Positions 29,807 through 38,959 of a DNA stretch of 64,000 nt are shown piece after piece (positions within the stretch are counted from its first letter, which is position 1; each line of letters starts with the position of its first letter). The DNA is taken from contig JAAFKA010000014.1 of NCBI GenBank assembly GCA_013299115.1, forward strand, positions 64,001-128,000, written 5' to 3'. The notes beneath the pieces are model-generated. The model was given only the letters and a program-made list of their open reading frames with translations. It did not search any database and was not told the DNA's origin. The stretch comes from Cytophagales bacterium. GTDB lineage: Bacteria > Bacteroidota > Bacteroidia > Cytophagales > Thermoflexibacteraceae. The translations under genes were made by a program, and so were the position numbers.

Positions 29807-30734
29807 GCCTTTTCTGTCCATGAGATACATTGATATTTCAAAACTCACACTTCCTGCTGGTTGGTTGGTAACTGCCAATACTGCCTTAGCTACTTTGCTT
29901 ACAAAGAGCAAAAGAGAAAGAAATGACTTTATAAATTCTAAACAGTCCACTACTTGGAAAGACAAAAAATTGGTTAGTGCTTTAACCGAATTAGTTAATC
30001 CTGCAATGGAAAAATGTTGGTATTCTGAAACCAAAATTAGTGATGATTTAGATATAGACCATTTTCGCCCCAAAGGACACAATGAAAGACTATCATTTAG
30101 AACTCAATTTGAGGAGCATTTAGAAAAAAGACATTTTGAGGAGATTGATACAGAGGTTAATATGGGTTGGTGGTTTTTGGCTTTTGAACCTACTAATTTT
30201 AGAGTAGCTTCGCCCCACAGGAATCAATTACGCAGAAATAATACAAATGAAAGAGCAAAAGGAAAGTCTGATTTTTTTCCTTTGAAAAAAGGTAGCCCCG
30301 TTGCCACTAATCACTATGGGGTAGCAGACGAAATAAATTGCCTTTTAGACCCTTGTAATCCTCATGATGTAGAACTTTTAATTTTTGATAGCAATGGGGA
30401 CATTTTTAAAAATCATACAGATACATGGATAGAATGTAGAATTAATATTTCTATTGTGGTCTATCATTTAGACGAAGCAAAATTGAAAAATGGTCGCCAA
30501 CAAGTTTGGACAAATACAGAAAAATATATCATACAGCCATTAGTTGAGTTAGTAAAAGATACTTCTTTTTCTAATGAAAAGAAGTTACAAGAGGTTAATA
30601 AATTGCAAAATCATTTTTATACTGATTTTGCAGATACAAAAAGGGAGTTTTCTGCTGTTGCCATAGACTGTCTTCGCCATCATCAAAAAAAACATCCTTG
30701 GTTGGATAGATTTCTCCCCAACTTGACAAAATAA
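29787..30734 (+). CDS. HNH nuclease of the TIGR02646 / PtuB-like type
   Basis: 315 aa. CWYSETKISDDLDIDHFRPKGH resembles the retron/Septu-associated HNH family. Overlaps the ATPase stop. An alternative start is at 29820. Confidence 0.55.
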   Translation: MITKIFKPFLSMRYIDISKLTLPAGWLVTANTALATLLTKSKRERNDFINSKQSTTWKDKKLVSALTELVNPAMEKCWYSETKISDDLDIDHFRPKGHNERLSFRTQFEEHLEKRHFEEIDTEVNMGWWFLAFEPTNFRVASPHRNQLRRNNTNERAKGKSDFFPLKKGSPVATNHYGVADEINCLLDPCNPHDVELLIFDSNGDIFKNHTDTWIECRINISIVVYHLDEAKLKNGRQQVWTNTEKYIIQPLVELVKDTSFSNEKKLQEVNKLQNHFYTDFADTKREFSAVAIDCLRHHQKKHPWLDRFLPNLTK

Positions 30735-30736
30735 AA

Positions 30737-30778
30737 ACCCTCCCCCACAAGTTCCACACCTGCAAAGAAGGGTTTTAT
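30737..30778. terminator. Bidirectional hairpin between convergent HNH and sprA genes (aaaccctcccccacaag...agggttt)
   Basis: Inverted repeat in the 56-bp convergent intergenic gap. Confidence 0.35.
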
Positions 30779-30790
30779 TTACTCACTTTG

Positions 30791-33700
30791 TTACTGCAAA
30801 TTAAATCTCAACTGAATCCCAAACGAAGTATTAGTCCGTCTGAAAGAATTGGAAACATAAGGGGCATTGATAGCGTGGTCGAAATAGAACTGCAAACTTG
30901 CCCGTTGGTTAATCACGTAGTTAATCGTCGGGCGAATTTGGAGGTTGTAGTTGCCTTGTGTTACCGTACTTTCTTGAATTTCCTCGCCGCTTGCCAACGT
31001 CTTAATGCTGCGTTGGGCAGTTTTGGTATCTCTGATGGTGAAGGCACAGGCAAAAGTCAAGTCGTTTTTCAGAGTTCGATAGTTGCCCCTAATTTTAAAC
31101 GGAATTTTGAAGTTTGATTTTACAAAACCAATATTCATCACAATTTCGTTGTTTCGCAATTCGGTAACTTGGGCATTCATCATGTTCATCGCAAGTCCAC
31201 GATTCATATTATACCGCACATCTATCGAGATATTTTTGGCTGTTTTTATCCGCACACCCACCAAAGGTGCAAAACCTTCGGTGATTGTAACTTGATTCAT
31301 CACAAAAACAGGAGTCAAACGGTTGGTATTGGCATCGAGTTTGGCGAGGGGCAAGTTCTGCAAATCTATGTTTAGTCGCAACAGCGAGGGGTCTGTAAAC
31401 GCCAACGAAGATTGGTAGCCTCCTGTGCTGTACTCCGAAGTATAGGCGTGTTCTATCTGAATAGAACGGAAATAAGGTTTCAAAAACGGCAAATTCGACA
31501 AGCCGTTGTAGGTCAATTTCCAGTTTGGCAACGGAATGGCGGGAAAAGCCGACAAACTTTGGTTGCTCACACTGCTGCCACTATACGCCGCCAAAAACGA
31601 AGGAATTAACACGTCTTGGGCATTTCTGTCGTAAGTGCCTTCGGTGTTTCGACTGTCCAAACTCTGTTTTACTGTTTGGCGGTTGCGAATAAACTCATCG
31701 AACAAGGGCGAATTGTTGGCTGCATTATCTCCTGTAAACATGGTGGCTAACGAAAAATAGGTAATAGCATATTGCCCACTTCGCTGCGGTGTTTGCGTTA
31801 CAAAAGCATCGGCAGTTCGGTTATAGGTAAACAATTCTTGGTAAGTTGCCATGTTGGTTCTTCGGGCATTGACCATGAGTTGCATATCTTTCACAGGCTC
31901 AATCACAGCTTCTATCCGCAAAGTTTGGTTAGTTCCTTGCCCAAACGTATTATTTTGCAAGGCACTTTTGCCCAACCATTCTCTTTTGGCTGCGGTTTCT
32001 TTTATGGTAGGGTCTTGGCTACCAAACACAAAGCCCCAACCAGGGGAGTTGAAAGCTGAACTCATACCAAAAGCCCCCGTAGGTGTGGTTAGCACCCCTG
32101 GCAAGGCTGTATTGTTGGTTTCGGTGTAAGAGAAGTTAATTTTTTGCACCATCATCATGCCTTTGAGCAAAGTACGCATAGGGCTGCTCACTGGTTTGGT
32201 AGAGTTTTGGTCAAGTCTTTCTTTGTCTGCCACTTCTGCCAATTTCTTTTCAATTTTCTCTAATCTTTTGTCAAATTTTTCGTTTTTCTTTGCAAATTTT
32301 TCACGCACTTTTTCAGACAACAGGCTGCTGTCGGCTTGGGCTTCTGCTTTCAGGCTGTCCATTTTGGCTGCCAATCTGTCTTTGCGTCCTTCTATTCGTT
32401 TTTTGCGAGCCTCCAAACGCAATTTTTTTCCTGCATATTTCGATGGCAAAGGTTCTTTTGCCTTGCGAGGGTCGGCAACAGCTGCCAAGACTCTACTTTT
32501 TTCGTAGAGTTTTTTCATGTCGAGTTGTCCGTTGATAGCCACGTTTTGGTTGTTCAGCATATTGTTGCCCAAACTATCTGCCAAACCTACTGCACCTGCC
32601 TGCCAAGTGTAACCTGCGGTGTATTTCACATCAGAGGCAACCCAATTTACAACAGGAAACTTGTCAAATGGCAATTTGTAGGTTACGCTGGTGGTCTGCA
32701 CAAAGTTTTTGATACGACCCAAATTGAGCAAATTGTTTAATACCGAGTCTCTTTTGGTTCTGTTGCTAAAACGGTTGGCTTGTGTGCCGTCTATTTCTCC
32801 TGCGGGTTCGTCTATAATTGCCTGTGCCTGTGCCGTATAGTCTAAACGCAAACTTTTGGTAATAGACCAAGCTAATTGGTAACTTCTATTAAAAGTAAAG
32901 GCTTTTTCGTACAGGGGCAATACGCCCAAGGTGCTTAATTGCCCATCTCTCAGTTGAGTTTTCACAAATCTCCTTTCAAAATCTCCGCGTACTGTTACAG
33001 TATTTGGCAAAGGTGCAAAGTTAAAATCTTTGATAAATTTCAAATATTTGCCTTCCAAATTTTGGTTTTTCTTAAAGGGTTCTATCGCAGGCACTTGACT
33101 ATTAAATTGGTATTGCAAACCCAGTCGGGTGTTTTCTTGCTTGTATTCGGCTGTCCGCACATTGCTACTTACCCTTTCCATATAAGCAAAATTCAATGCC
33201 CAATTTTCCACACTCCAAGGCTTAGGTTTCTTTTGCCCTACTGCATTTTTGCCCACATTCTGGAAGGCAATAGTACGCATATTCATATCTTCCCGCACCA
33301 AATCGAGGTATTCTTGCCTGTTGTCTTTTGCATCGAGGGCTTGCGTGAGGGGCATATCGGGGTCAAGGGGATTGAAGTACGGAGTCAAGAGTCGTCTTTC
33401 CATGCCCAAATACATAGGAAGTCGCCAGCCCCATTTGTTGAGTCCAAATTTTTCTAATTGGATTTGCATATTGAGGTCATATTCTAAGGTGTGGTTTCGA
33501 GTTCTTTGCGAAATTTTGTCTTGAATACCTCCAAAAAATGGCGAAACATAGCGGAAACTTGCGTTTATCCTTGCCAAATCTGCCAACTGCACCTGCAAAC
33601 TTGTACGGCTTGCCCAGCCTGCTTCGGTGTTAAATTCGGCTACACGCAATTCGTTTGCCCAGATACAAACAGATTTTGGTTGCAAGTCTGCTGATTCGGG

Positions 33701-36700
33701 GTTTCTCACGCCAATCATTGCCGTTTGCACACTACTCAAATCGGGATTGCCAATGACTGTAATTTTAAATCTGCCTACAATCTCCGAATAAGGCACACGA
33801 ACAGAAAGGCGTTGGTTGTTTCTCCTCGATTTTACATCTATTAAATCTGCCGTTGCCACGTCTATTTCGTTTTCTTGAGGCCACACCACGTTCACGTCTG
33901 TACTGCCAAAAGGTGTCATTTTCAAAGGTACTTCTATTTCATAGTAGTTTTCTTTAAAGTCTGTTCCCAAACGCAAAAATGCAACCATTTCGCCATCTTT
34001 GGCATCTCTACTTTCTGCGTGCAAAAACATTTTGACCCTTTTGTAATTGACCATATCTAAAATCAAATTTTTATAGACTGCCTTTGCATCTTTTTCGGGC
34101 AAGGCATCTACGCACATACGCAAAGACTGTTCATTCAACCTTGCTTGGGTGGCTGCACCTACCAAATTCAAATCACGAGTAAAACCCGGCGGCAACATAT
34201 AAGGTGTAATAGTTCCATCGGCTTTTGGTGTGCCGTTATTGACAATATTGATAGAAGAAACACGCAAATTATTGGTTGTGGCAGGTTCAGGAGGCAAGTT
34301 TAGCCCTGGTGTTTGCAAACTTTCGGTAAAAGGTCGCCAAGGTGTGCCTACAAATTGGAAACGAGCCATACGCAAGACTACGGGCTGTTGCCAATCTGTC
34401 ATATACATACGGATATAACGTATGGATTTGAAACCATCAATAGCACCAACTTTATTCGTAAAATCACGCACAGGAATACGGAACTGATACCATGTAACTC
34501 TGTCGGGATTGGTAGCCGTAGGGTCTGTTACCACCTTGTCCACCACATAAGGGCTGTTTTCTACTTGATTGGGGCGAAGGTCTATTTTGTATTCGTAATA
34601 GCCGTCGAGGTCATTCAAGGAATTATCACGATTAAGGTCTTCGTTGTCGGGCAAAGTAGAGTAAGAGGCAGTCCCTGCATTTTCAGGCGAATTGTTTTCC
34701 ATACCATTAAAAAATTTATAACGGTCGAGGATTTTATAGTCTAATTGGTCTGCTTTGTTGCCCAAATAATAGCTGAAATTGTCGTTAGAAGGGTCATTTT
34801 GTATCTCACGATAGACATCAGGCGTAACTCTGCCTTGCACTGCTTGCAAATAATCTGTAAATTTTTGTCTTTCTACTTCGTCATTGATACCGTCCATGCC
34901 CACGTCTTGCAATGCCCTGGTGCCTGTGCCACCCGAAAAAGCATTGGTTAAAAACTGCTGTTCGGTTACTCTGCCCCATGCCGTTTCTTTTATCCTGTCT
35001 AAATTGTTGGCTTCGGTAGGCAAACCATTTTCGAAACCATGACGACTATCAGGAATTACATCTTCCGATACATTGCCCAAGTTAAAATACAATTCGCCAC
35101 CTGTCGTGTTGTTTTCGGCTTGCACCTGTCCGTTTACCAATTTGGAAATTACCCTACCATTTGTACCTCTAATAAAAGGGTCGAGCAACCAAAATTCTAC
35201 GTATTGAATGTTGATGTTATCAAAATCTACATCAGAAGTAATGCCTTTGGTAATAGCCCCAAAATTGCTGCGAGGATTTGGCAACGTACCATCAGGATTG
35301 AGCAAAGGATTGTAATTGTATTGCCCTCTTTCGTTAGGGTAGTAGGCAATGTTCATTACCTGTTCGGGCAGGTTTATCTGCATGGCATCAGGTTTTACAA
35401 TTTCGTTGAACGGAATTAACCGAACATAGTGGTTTTCTTTGTCCTCTGGCGTAATATTGGGCGGCGGACTTCCACCTGAAACAGTCTGGAAAAAAGAAGT
35501 AAAATCTATGGTGTACCAAGAAGTTTTGGCACGTCTGTAACCATATTCCAAAGGTCTGTTCGGATTAAAGATGGGTCTGAATTGGTTGGGCGTAGAGCCT
35601 AAAATCCACGTGGTGGGTTGCCTTCCTAAGTCATAAGGAATTTCGGCAGCCTCGAAATCGTCTATGAACGAAGTACCGCCATCTTTGCCTATGAGTTGGT
35701 TGGTGCTGGGCAGCAAGGCAGCCACCTCCGAAGAAAAGGTATAACTCGACTTTTCTTTGGTGCTGTATAAGGGCAATTTGTCCACCAAACGAGTGAGCAA
35801 ACGAGCATCATCTTTGCGGTGCTGCACCCCCAAACCGACCAAACTATTGCGTGTAGGCTCACTACCAATGTTCACCCTTGTTATCAAAGGTCTTTCGTTG
35901 AGGTGCATAGCCGTTGCGGTAAATCTTGTATTTTTCGACAAGAAATATTGGGCATCTAAACCAAAGAAATTGCGAGTTTGGAAACTAAACAAGTCGGCTC
36001 TTTCGTATTGTATCCTTATTTCTTTGCCCGAAGCCAACAACTCAGGTCTTAGGATATTGACAACTCCCGATTGGTAATCTGCACTAAAATCTGTACCTTC
36101 TCTCAACAACGTGCCACCTGCCGTTATCTGAATAGAACGAGGGGCAATGTTAATTCCTGGTAGGCGAATAGACGTGCCACTGGTGGAGGCTTGGAAACTT
36201 CCTTTGATAAAAAATTTGCTTTTACTTGTCAAAAGTTGTGCGTCCATTTGCGTTTTGCGATACAACTCATTGAACACATATTTTTGGCGAAATTGCAATT
36301 CTTCTTCGGGCAAAAACTTTTCGTCTAAGGTACGCCCAAAAGGTTCGAGAACAGGGAAAATGATACGCCCAAATTCGGGATATATGGTTACGGGTGCAGC
36401 CACGCCTGATGTACCCGCCAAGTTGCTTTGGTTAGCCGCCGCACCTGTGTTGCCTACCTGCGTAGTGGGGAAAGGATTGGTATTTGCCCCGCCTGTGGTG
36501 CTGGGTATGTTGTTGAAACTCGAAGGCGTAAAACTATTGGCTACACTTTGCGAACTTACCCCTGCAATAAAGTCAAAATTGCCATCGGGCTGCGGGTCGT
36601 TGTTTTGGTTGAGCCTGTCCACACCAAAAACTTGCACCAACGGCACATTTTTGAGGTTTCTGCCCTCTTGCAAGTTCGGATTGTCTATGCCTGTGAGGTC

Positions 36701-38452
36701 ATCACGATAAATAATGCGTAATTGGAAATTATCTCTACTAACTTGATTGGTATTTAAGCTATAAATATTTTTCATCATCAAATCCCAAGTCGGCAAATCT
36801 AAACGAATGGTCGAGGGTTTGAGCATTTTCATCATAATCACGTCAGTAGCACCCAAACTTTGGTATTTTTCGGTCAATTCGCCTACCGTATAGCGTTGTC
36901 CTTTGTAGGTATATTCGTAAGAAACCGCCACAATTTCGTCATTGCGGACAGGAGTTTGCAAACTGATATAGCCCAGCGTAGGGTGAAACGTAAATTCATT
37001 GGGTGCTAAACGGCGTGCTGCCCGCAATACTTCGTAATCTGTACCTTTTTCGAGGGTAAATTGTCCGTTTAAGATATTGCTAATGTCGTCTATTCCTCTG
37101 ATGCCTGTGGTCTGGTCTAATCTTTTATAAAGCAAATTGGCATCATTGGAAGCAGCCTCAAAAGTGGGGTTGCCCTGCCCTATGTTGGGGTTGTTGCGGT
37201 TAAAAGGTTTGTGATTGCCCAAATCTAAGAAAGCAGCCACATTTCGCAAACTTTGCGTATTGGCAACTCTGTTGGTAACATACACCTCCACCCGCGTAAC
37301 CTGTACGCCACTTGTAATCATAGGAATAGTCCGCAAAGAAGCCTCGTAGTTATTGCGGAAAAAATCGGCAAGGAAAAAGTGTCTGTTAAAATCGTATTGG
37401 TCTGCACGCAACTCAAATTCACGTTGTTGTCCGCCGCCACGCAATACCATGACCTCCTGCGTACCTCTTTGGTTGGCAGCAGCCATATTCACTATCAATT
37501 TGCCAAATTGCAACTTGGTTTGAATACCCAACAAATTTTGGGCACCTGTTATCAAACTATTGCTGGATTGCATATTGACGTTGCCCACGTTTAGCTCTTT
37601 TATAATGCCTGCTTCGCCACTGGTAAGGTCTGGCACGCCACTATTCAACCCTGGTACGGTGGGCAAACTGTAACTAATCCGAAAGACGTTATCGAATTGG
37701 AAAGTGCTGCGGGTGTCCCAGTTGATGTTTACACGCAACCTTTCGCCAATAGACCCCGCCAAACTCAACCGAATTTGTTGGTCGAAAAACAAACCGCCAT
37801 TGGTCTGTTGCTGCACAGGAATTTGCGGATTTTCTATGCTCTGCCACCTTCCTCCAACGTCTAACAACACCTGCCCCATGGGTTTGATGTCTATGTTGTC
37901 GCCACCAAACAATTTAGCTGCCAAAGGTGGCAATTTGTAGATAGGGACTAACCTGTTTTTGTCTTTTCCACTCAAATTGGTAGCCCCTGTAATCACATCT
38001 TTGTTTGCCCAATAACGGCGGCGTGCCGAATCGTATTTATAGCGTTGGTACTCTTGAAAAGACAGAGAACTTGGTGTTTTGTAGGGCAAAGTAGCAATTT
38101 TTTCGTTTACTTGGTAGCCTTTGCCTGTGGAGTCTAAGGTTACAGTTGTTTTTTGGGAAGGAAACGGCAAATTGAGCAAAGGCGACGACCTGCGGCGGGC
38201 AGGTGTACTAAAACCCGAATACGGAGAACCTTGTCTATCTTGCTGATAAACAGGCAACTGATTAGAAGTAGGAGGATTTTGGGGAAGGGGCAAGATAGGT
38301 GGGGGCGGAGAATCAAGAGCCACCATAGCCAGCCTTCGGTTAATTCTCTCTGGTTCAAAAGGTTTTTTTTCTACCCATTTTGCATAAGAAATACCATACA
38401 CACACACGCCACAGCAGGCAAAGAGGGCAAACCACAATTTTTTATTGAGCAT
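30791..38452 (-). CDS. sprA: T9SS outer-membrane translocon / gliding motility protein SprA (Sov)
   Basis: 2553 aa with a signal peptide. Size, composition and the N-terminal region are typical of Bacteroidota SprA. Confidence 0.85.
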   Translation of the reverse strand: MLNKKLWFALFACCGVCVYGISYAKWVEKKPFEPERINRRLAMVALDSPPPPILPLPQNPPTSNQLPVYQQDRQGSPYSGFSTPARRRSSPLLNLPFPSQKTTVTLDSTGKGYQVNEKIATLPYKTPSSLSFQEYQRYKYDSARRRYWANKDVITGATNLSGKDKNRLVPIYKLPPLAAKLFGGDNIDIKPMGQVLLDVGGRWQSIENPQIPVQQQTNGGLFFDQQIRLSLAGSIGERLRVNINWDTRSTFQFDNVFRISYSLPTVPGLNSGVPDLTSGEAGIIKELNVGNVNMQSSNSLITGAQNLLGIQTKLQFGKLIVNMAAANQRGTQEVMVLRGGGQQREFELRADQYDFNRHFFLADFFRNNYEASLRTIPMITSGVQVTRVEVYVTNRVANTQSLRNVAAFLDLGNHKPFNRNNPNIGQGNPTFEAASNDANLLYKRLDQTTGIRGIDDISNILNGQFTLEKGTDYEVLRAARRLAPNEFTFHPTLGYISLQTPVRNDEIVAVSYEYTYKGQRYTVGELTEKYQSLGATDVIMMKMLKPSTIRLDLPTWDLMMKNIYSLNTNQVSRDNFQLRIIYRDDLTGIDNPNLQEGRNLKNVPLVQVFGVDRLNQNNDPQPDGNFDFIAGVSSQSVANSFTPSSFNNIPSTTGGANTNPFPTTQVGNTGAAANQSNLAGTSGVAAPVTIYPEFGRIIFPVLEPFGRTLDEKFLPEEELQFRQKYVFNELYRKTQMDAQLLTSKSKFFIKGSFQASTSGTSIRLPGINIAPRSIQITAGGTLLREGTDFSADYQSGVVNILRPELLASGKEIRIQYERADLFSFQTRNFFGLDAQYFLSKNTRFTATAMHLNERPLITRVNIGSEPTRNSLVGLGVQHRKDDARLLTRLVDKLPLYSTKEKSSYTFSSEVAALLPSTNQLIGKDGGTSFIDDFEAAEIPYDLGRQPTTWILGSTPNQFRPIFNPNRPLEYGYRRAKTSWYTIDFTSFFQTVSGGSPPPNITPEDKENHYVRLIPFNEIVKPDAMQINLPEQVMNIAYYPNERGQYNYNPLLNPDGTLPNPRSNFGAITKGITSDVDFDNINIQYVEFWLLDPFIRGTNGRVISKLVNGQVQAENNTTGGELYFNLGNVSEDVIPDSRHGFENGLPTEANNLDRIKETAWGRVTEQQFLTNAFSGGTGTRALQDVGMDGINDEVERQKFTDYLQAVQGRVTPDVYREIQNDPSNDNFSYYLGNKADQLDYKILDRYKFFNGMENNSPENAGTASYSTLPDNEDLNRDNSLNDLDGYYEYKIDLRPNQVENSPYVVDKVVTDPTATNPDRVTWYQFRIPVRDFTNKVGAIDGFKSIRYIRMYMTDWQQPVVLRMARFQFVGTPWRPFTESLQTPGLNLPPEPATTNNLRVSSINIVNNGTPKADGTITPYMLPPGFTRDLNLVGAATQARLNEQSLRMCVDALPEKDAKAVYKNLILDMVNYKRVKMFLHAESRDAKDGEMVAFLRLGTDFKENYYEIEVPLKMTPFGSTDVNVVWPQENEIDVATADLIDVKSRRNNQRLSVRVPYSEIVGRFKITVIGNPDLSSVQTAMIGVRNPESADLQPKSVCIWANELRVAEFNTEAGWASRTSLQVQLADLARINASFRYVSPFFGGIQDKISQRTRNHTLEYDLNMQIQLEKFGLNKWGWRLPMYLGMERRLLTPYFNPLDPDMPLTQALDAKDNRQEYLDLVREDMNMRTIAFQNVGKNAVGQKKPKPWSVENWALNFAYMERVSSNVRTAEYKQENTRLGLQYQFNSQVPAIEPFKKNQNLEGKYLKFIKDFNFAPLPNTVTVRGDFERRFVKTQLRDGQLSTLGVLPLYEKAFTFNRSYQLAWSITKSLRLDYTAQAQAIIDEPAGEIDGTQANRFSNRTKRDSVLNNLLNLGRIKNFVQTTSVTYKLPFDKFPVVNWVASDVKYTAGYTWQAGAVGLADSLGNNMLNNQNVAINGQLDMKKLYEKSRVLAAVADPRKAKEPLPSKYAGKKLRLEARKKRIEGRKDRLAAKMDSLKAEAQADSSLLSEKVREKFAKKNEKFDKRLEKIEKKLAEVADKERLDQNSTKPVSSPMRTLLKGMMMVQKINFSYTETNNTALPGVLTTPTGAFGMSSAFNSPGWGFVFGSQDPTIKETAAKREWLGKSALQNNTFGQGTNQTLRIEAVIEPVKDMQLMVNARRTNMATYQELFTYNRTADAFVTQTPQRSGQYAITYFSLATMFTGDNAANNSPLFDEFIRNRQTVKQSLDSRNTEGTYDRNAQDVLIPSFLAAYSGSSVSNQSLSAFPAIPLPNWKLTYNGLSNLPFLKPYFRSIQIEHAYTSEYSTGGYQSSLAFTDPSLLRLNIDLQNLPLAKLDANTNRLTPVFVMNQVTITEGFAPLVGVRIKTAKNISIDVRYNMNRGLAMNMMNAQVTELRNNEIVMNIGFVKSNFKIPFKIRGNYRTLKNDLTFACAFTIRDTKTAQRSIKTLASGEEIQESTVTQGNYNLQIRPTINYVINQRASLQFYFDHAINAPYVSNSFRRTNTSFGIQLRFNLQ

Positions 38453-38770
38453 ACGACACGAAAAATAGAAAGTTAGGAAGTCTGTTTTCTAAGCCACAAA
38501 TGTACGAAAAAAATTATGGTAAAATGCAAAACATTTTACCAAAGTGCTTTTTTGCGTGCTTTTAACAGTTTTGCAACTTGTTTTGACCTAAAAACAACTT
38601 AGTAACGTAAAATTTCTATCATTCAACTGGTTCGTATGAAAATGTGCAAAAAATAGGAAAGCTGCATTTTACGCAACCTTCCTATCCAAAATGAAAAACC
38701 TTTGCAAAGATGAATAATAAAAACAAAACAAACAAATAGAAGAGTATTTTTTTTGGAGAGAAAGTACAAT

Positions 38771-38949
38771 AGAGTTTATGAATAATTTTCGAGAGATGAG
38801 GCTGTCCGAAAAGGCAAAAAAATGAAAAAATTTAAAATATAACTACTTGATTATCAATTAGTTATATTTTGTAATATTCCAAAATTTTGCCTTTTCGGAC
38901 AGCCTCATCTTTTTTCAAACCTCATAACAAAAATTTATTCATAAACTCT
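38771..38949. mobile_element. Nested MITE: outer family F (TIR agagtttatgaataa) carrying an inner family E element (gatgaggctgtccgaaaagg ... ccttttcggacagcctcatc)
   Basis: Perfect 15-bp terminal inverted repeats. The inner element has its own 20-bp inverted termini and a palindromic core aatataactacttgattatcaattagttatatt. It abuts the glpD stop. Confidence 0.75.
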
Positions 38950-38959
38950 AATGAGTTGT

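Noticed and set aside
25229-30734. Presence of hsdR (restriction subunit) in the RM locus
   Set aside because: It was looked for on both strands. No SF2-helicase/nuclease-sized ORF exists between 24800 and 30790 or elsewhere in the window, so the locus is recorded as M+S only.
31083-38476. Dozens of 60-190-aa ORFs on the plus strand inside sprA
   Set aside because: All are antisense to a single well-supported 2553-aa ORF, with skewed composition typical of shadow ORFs.
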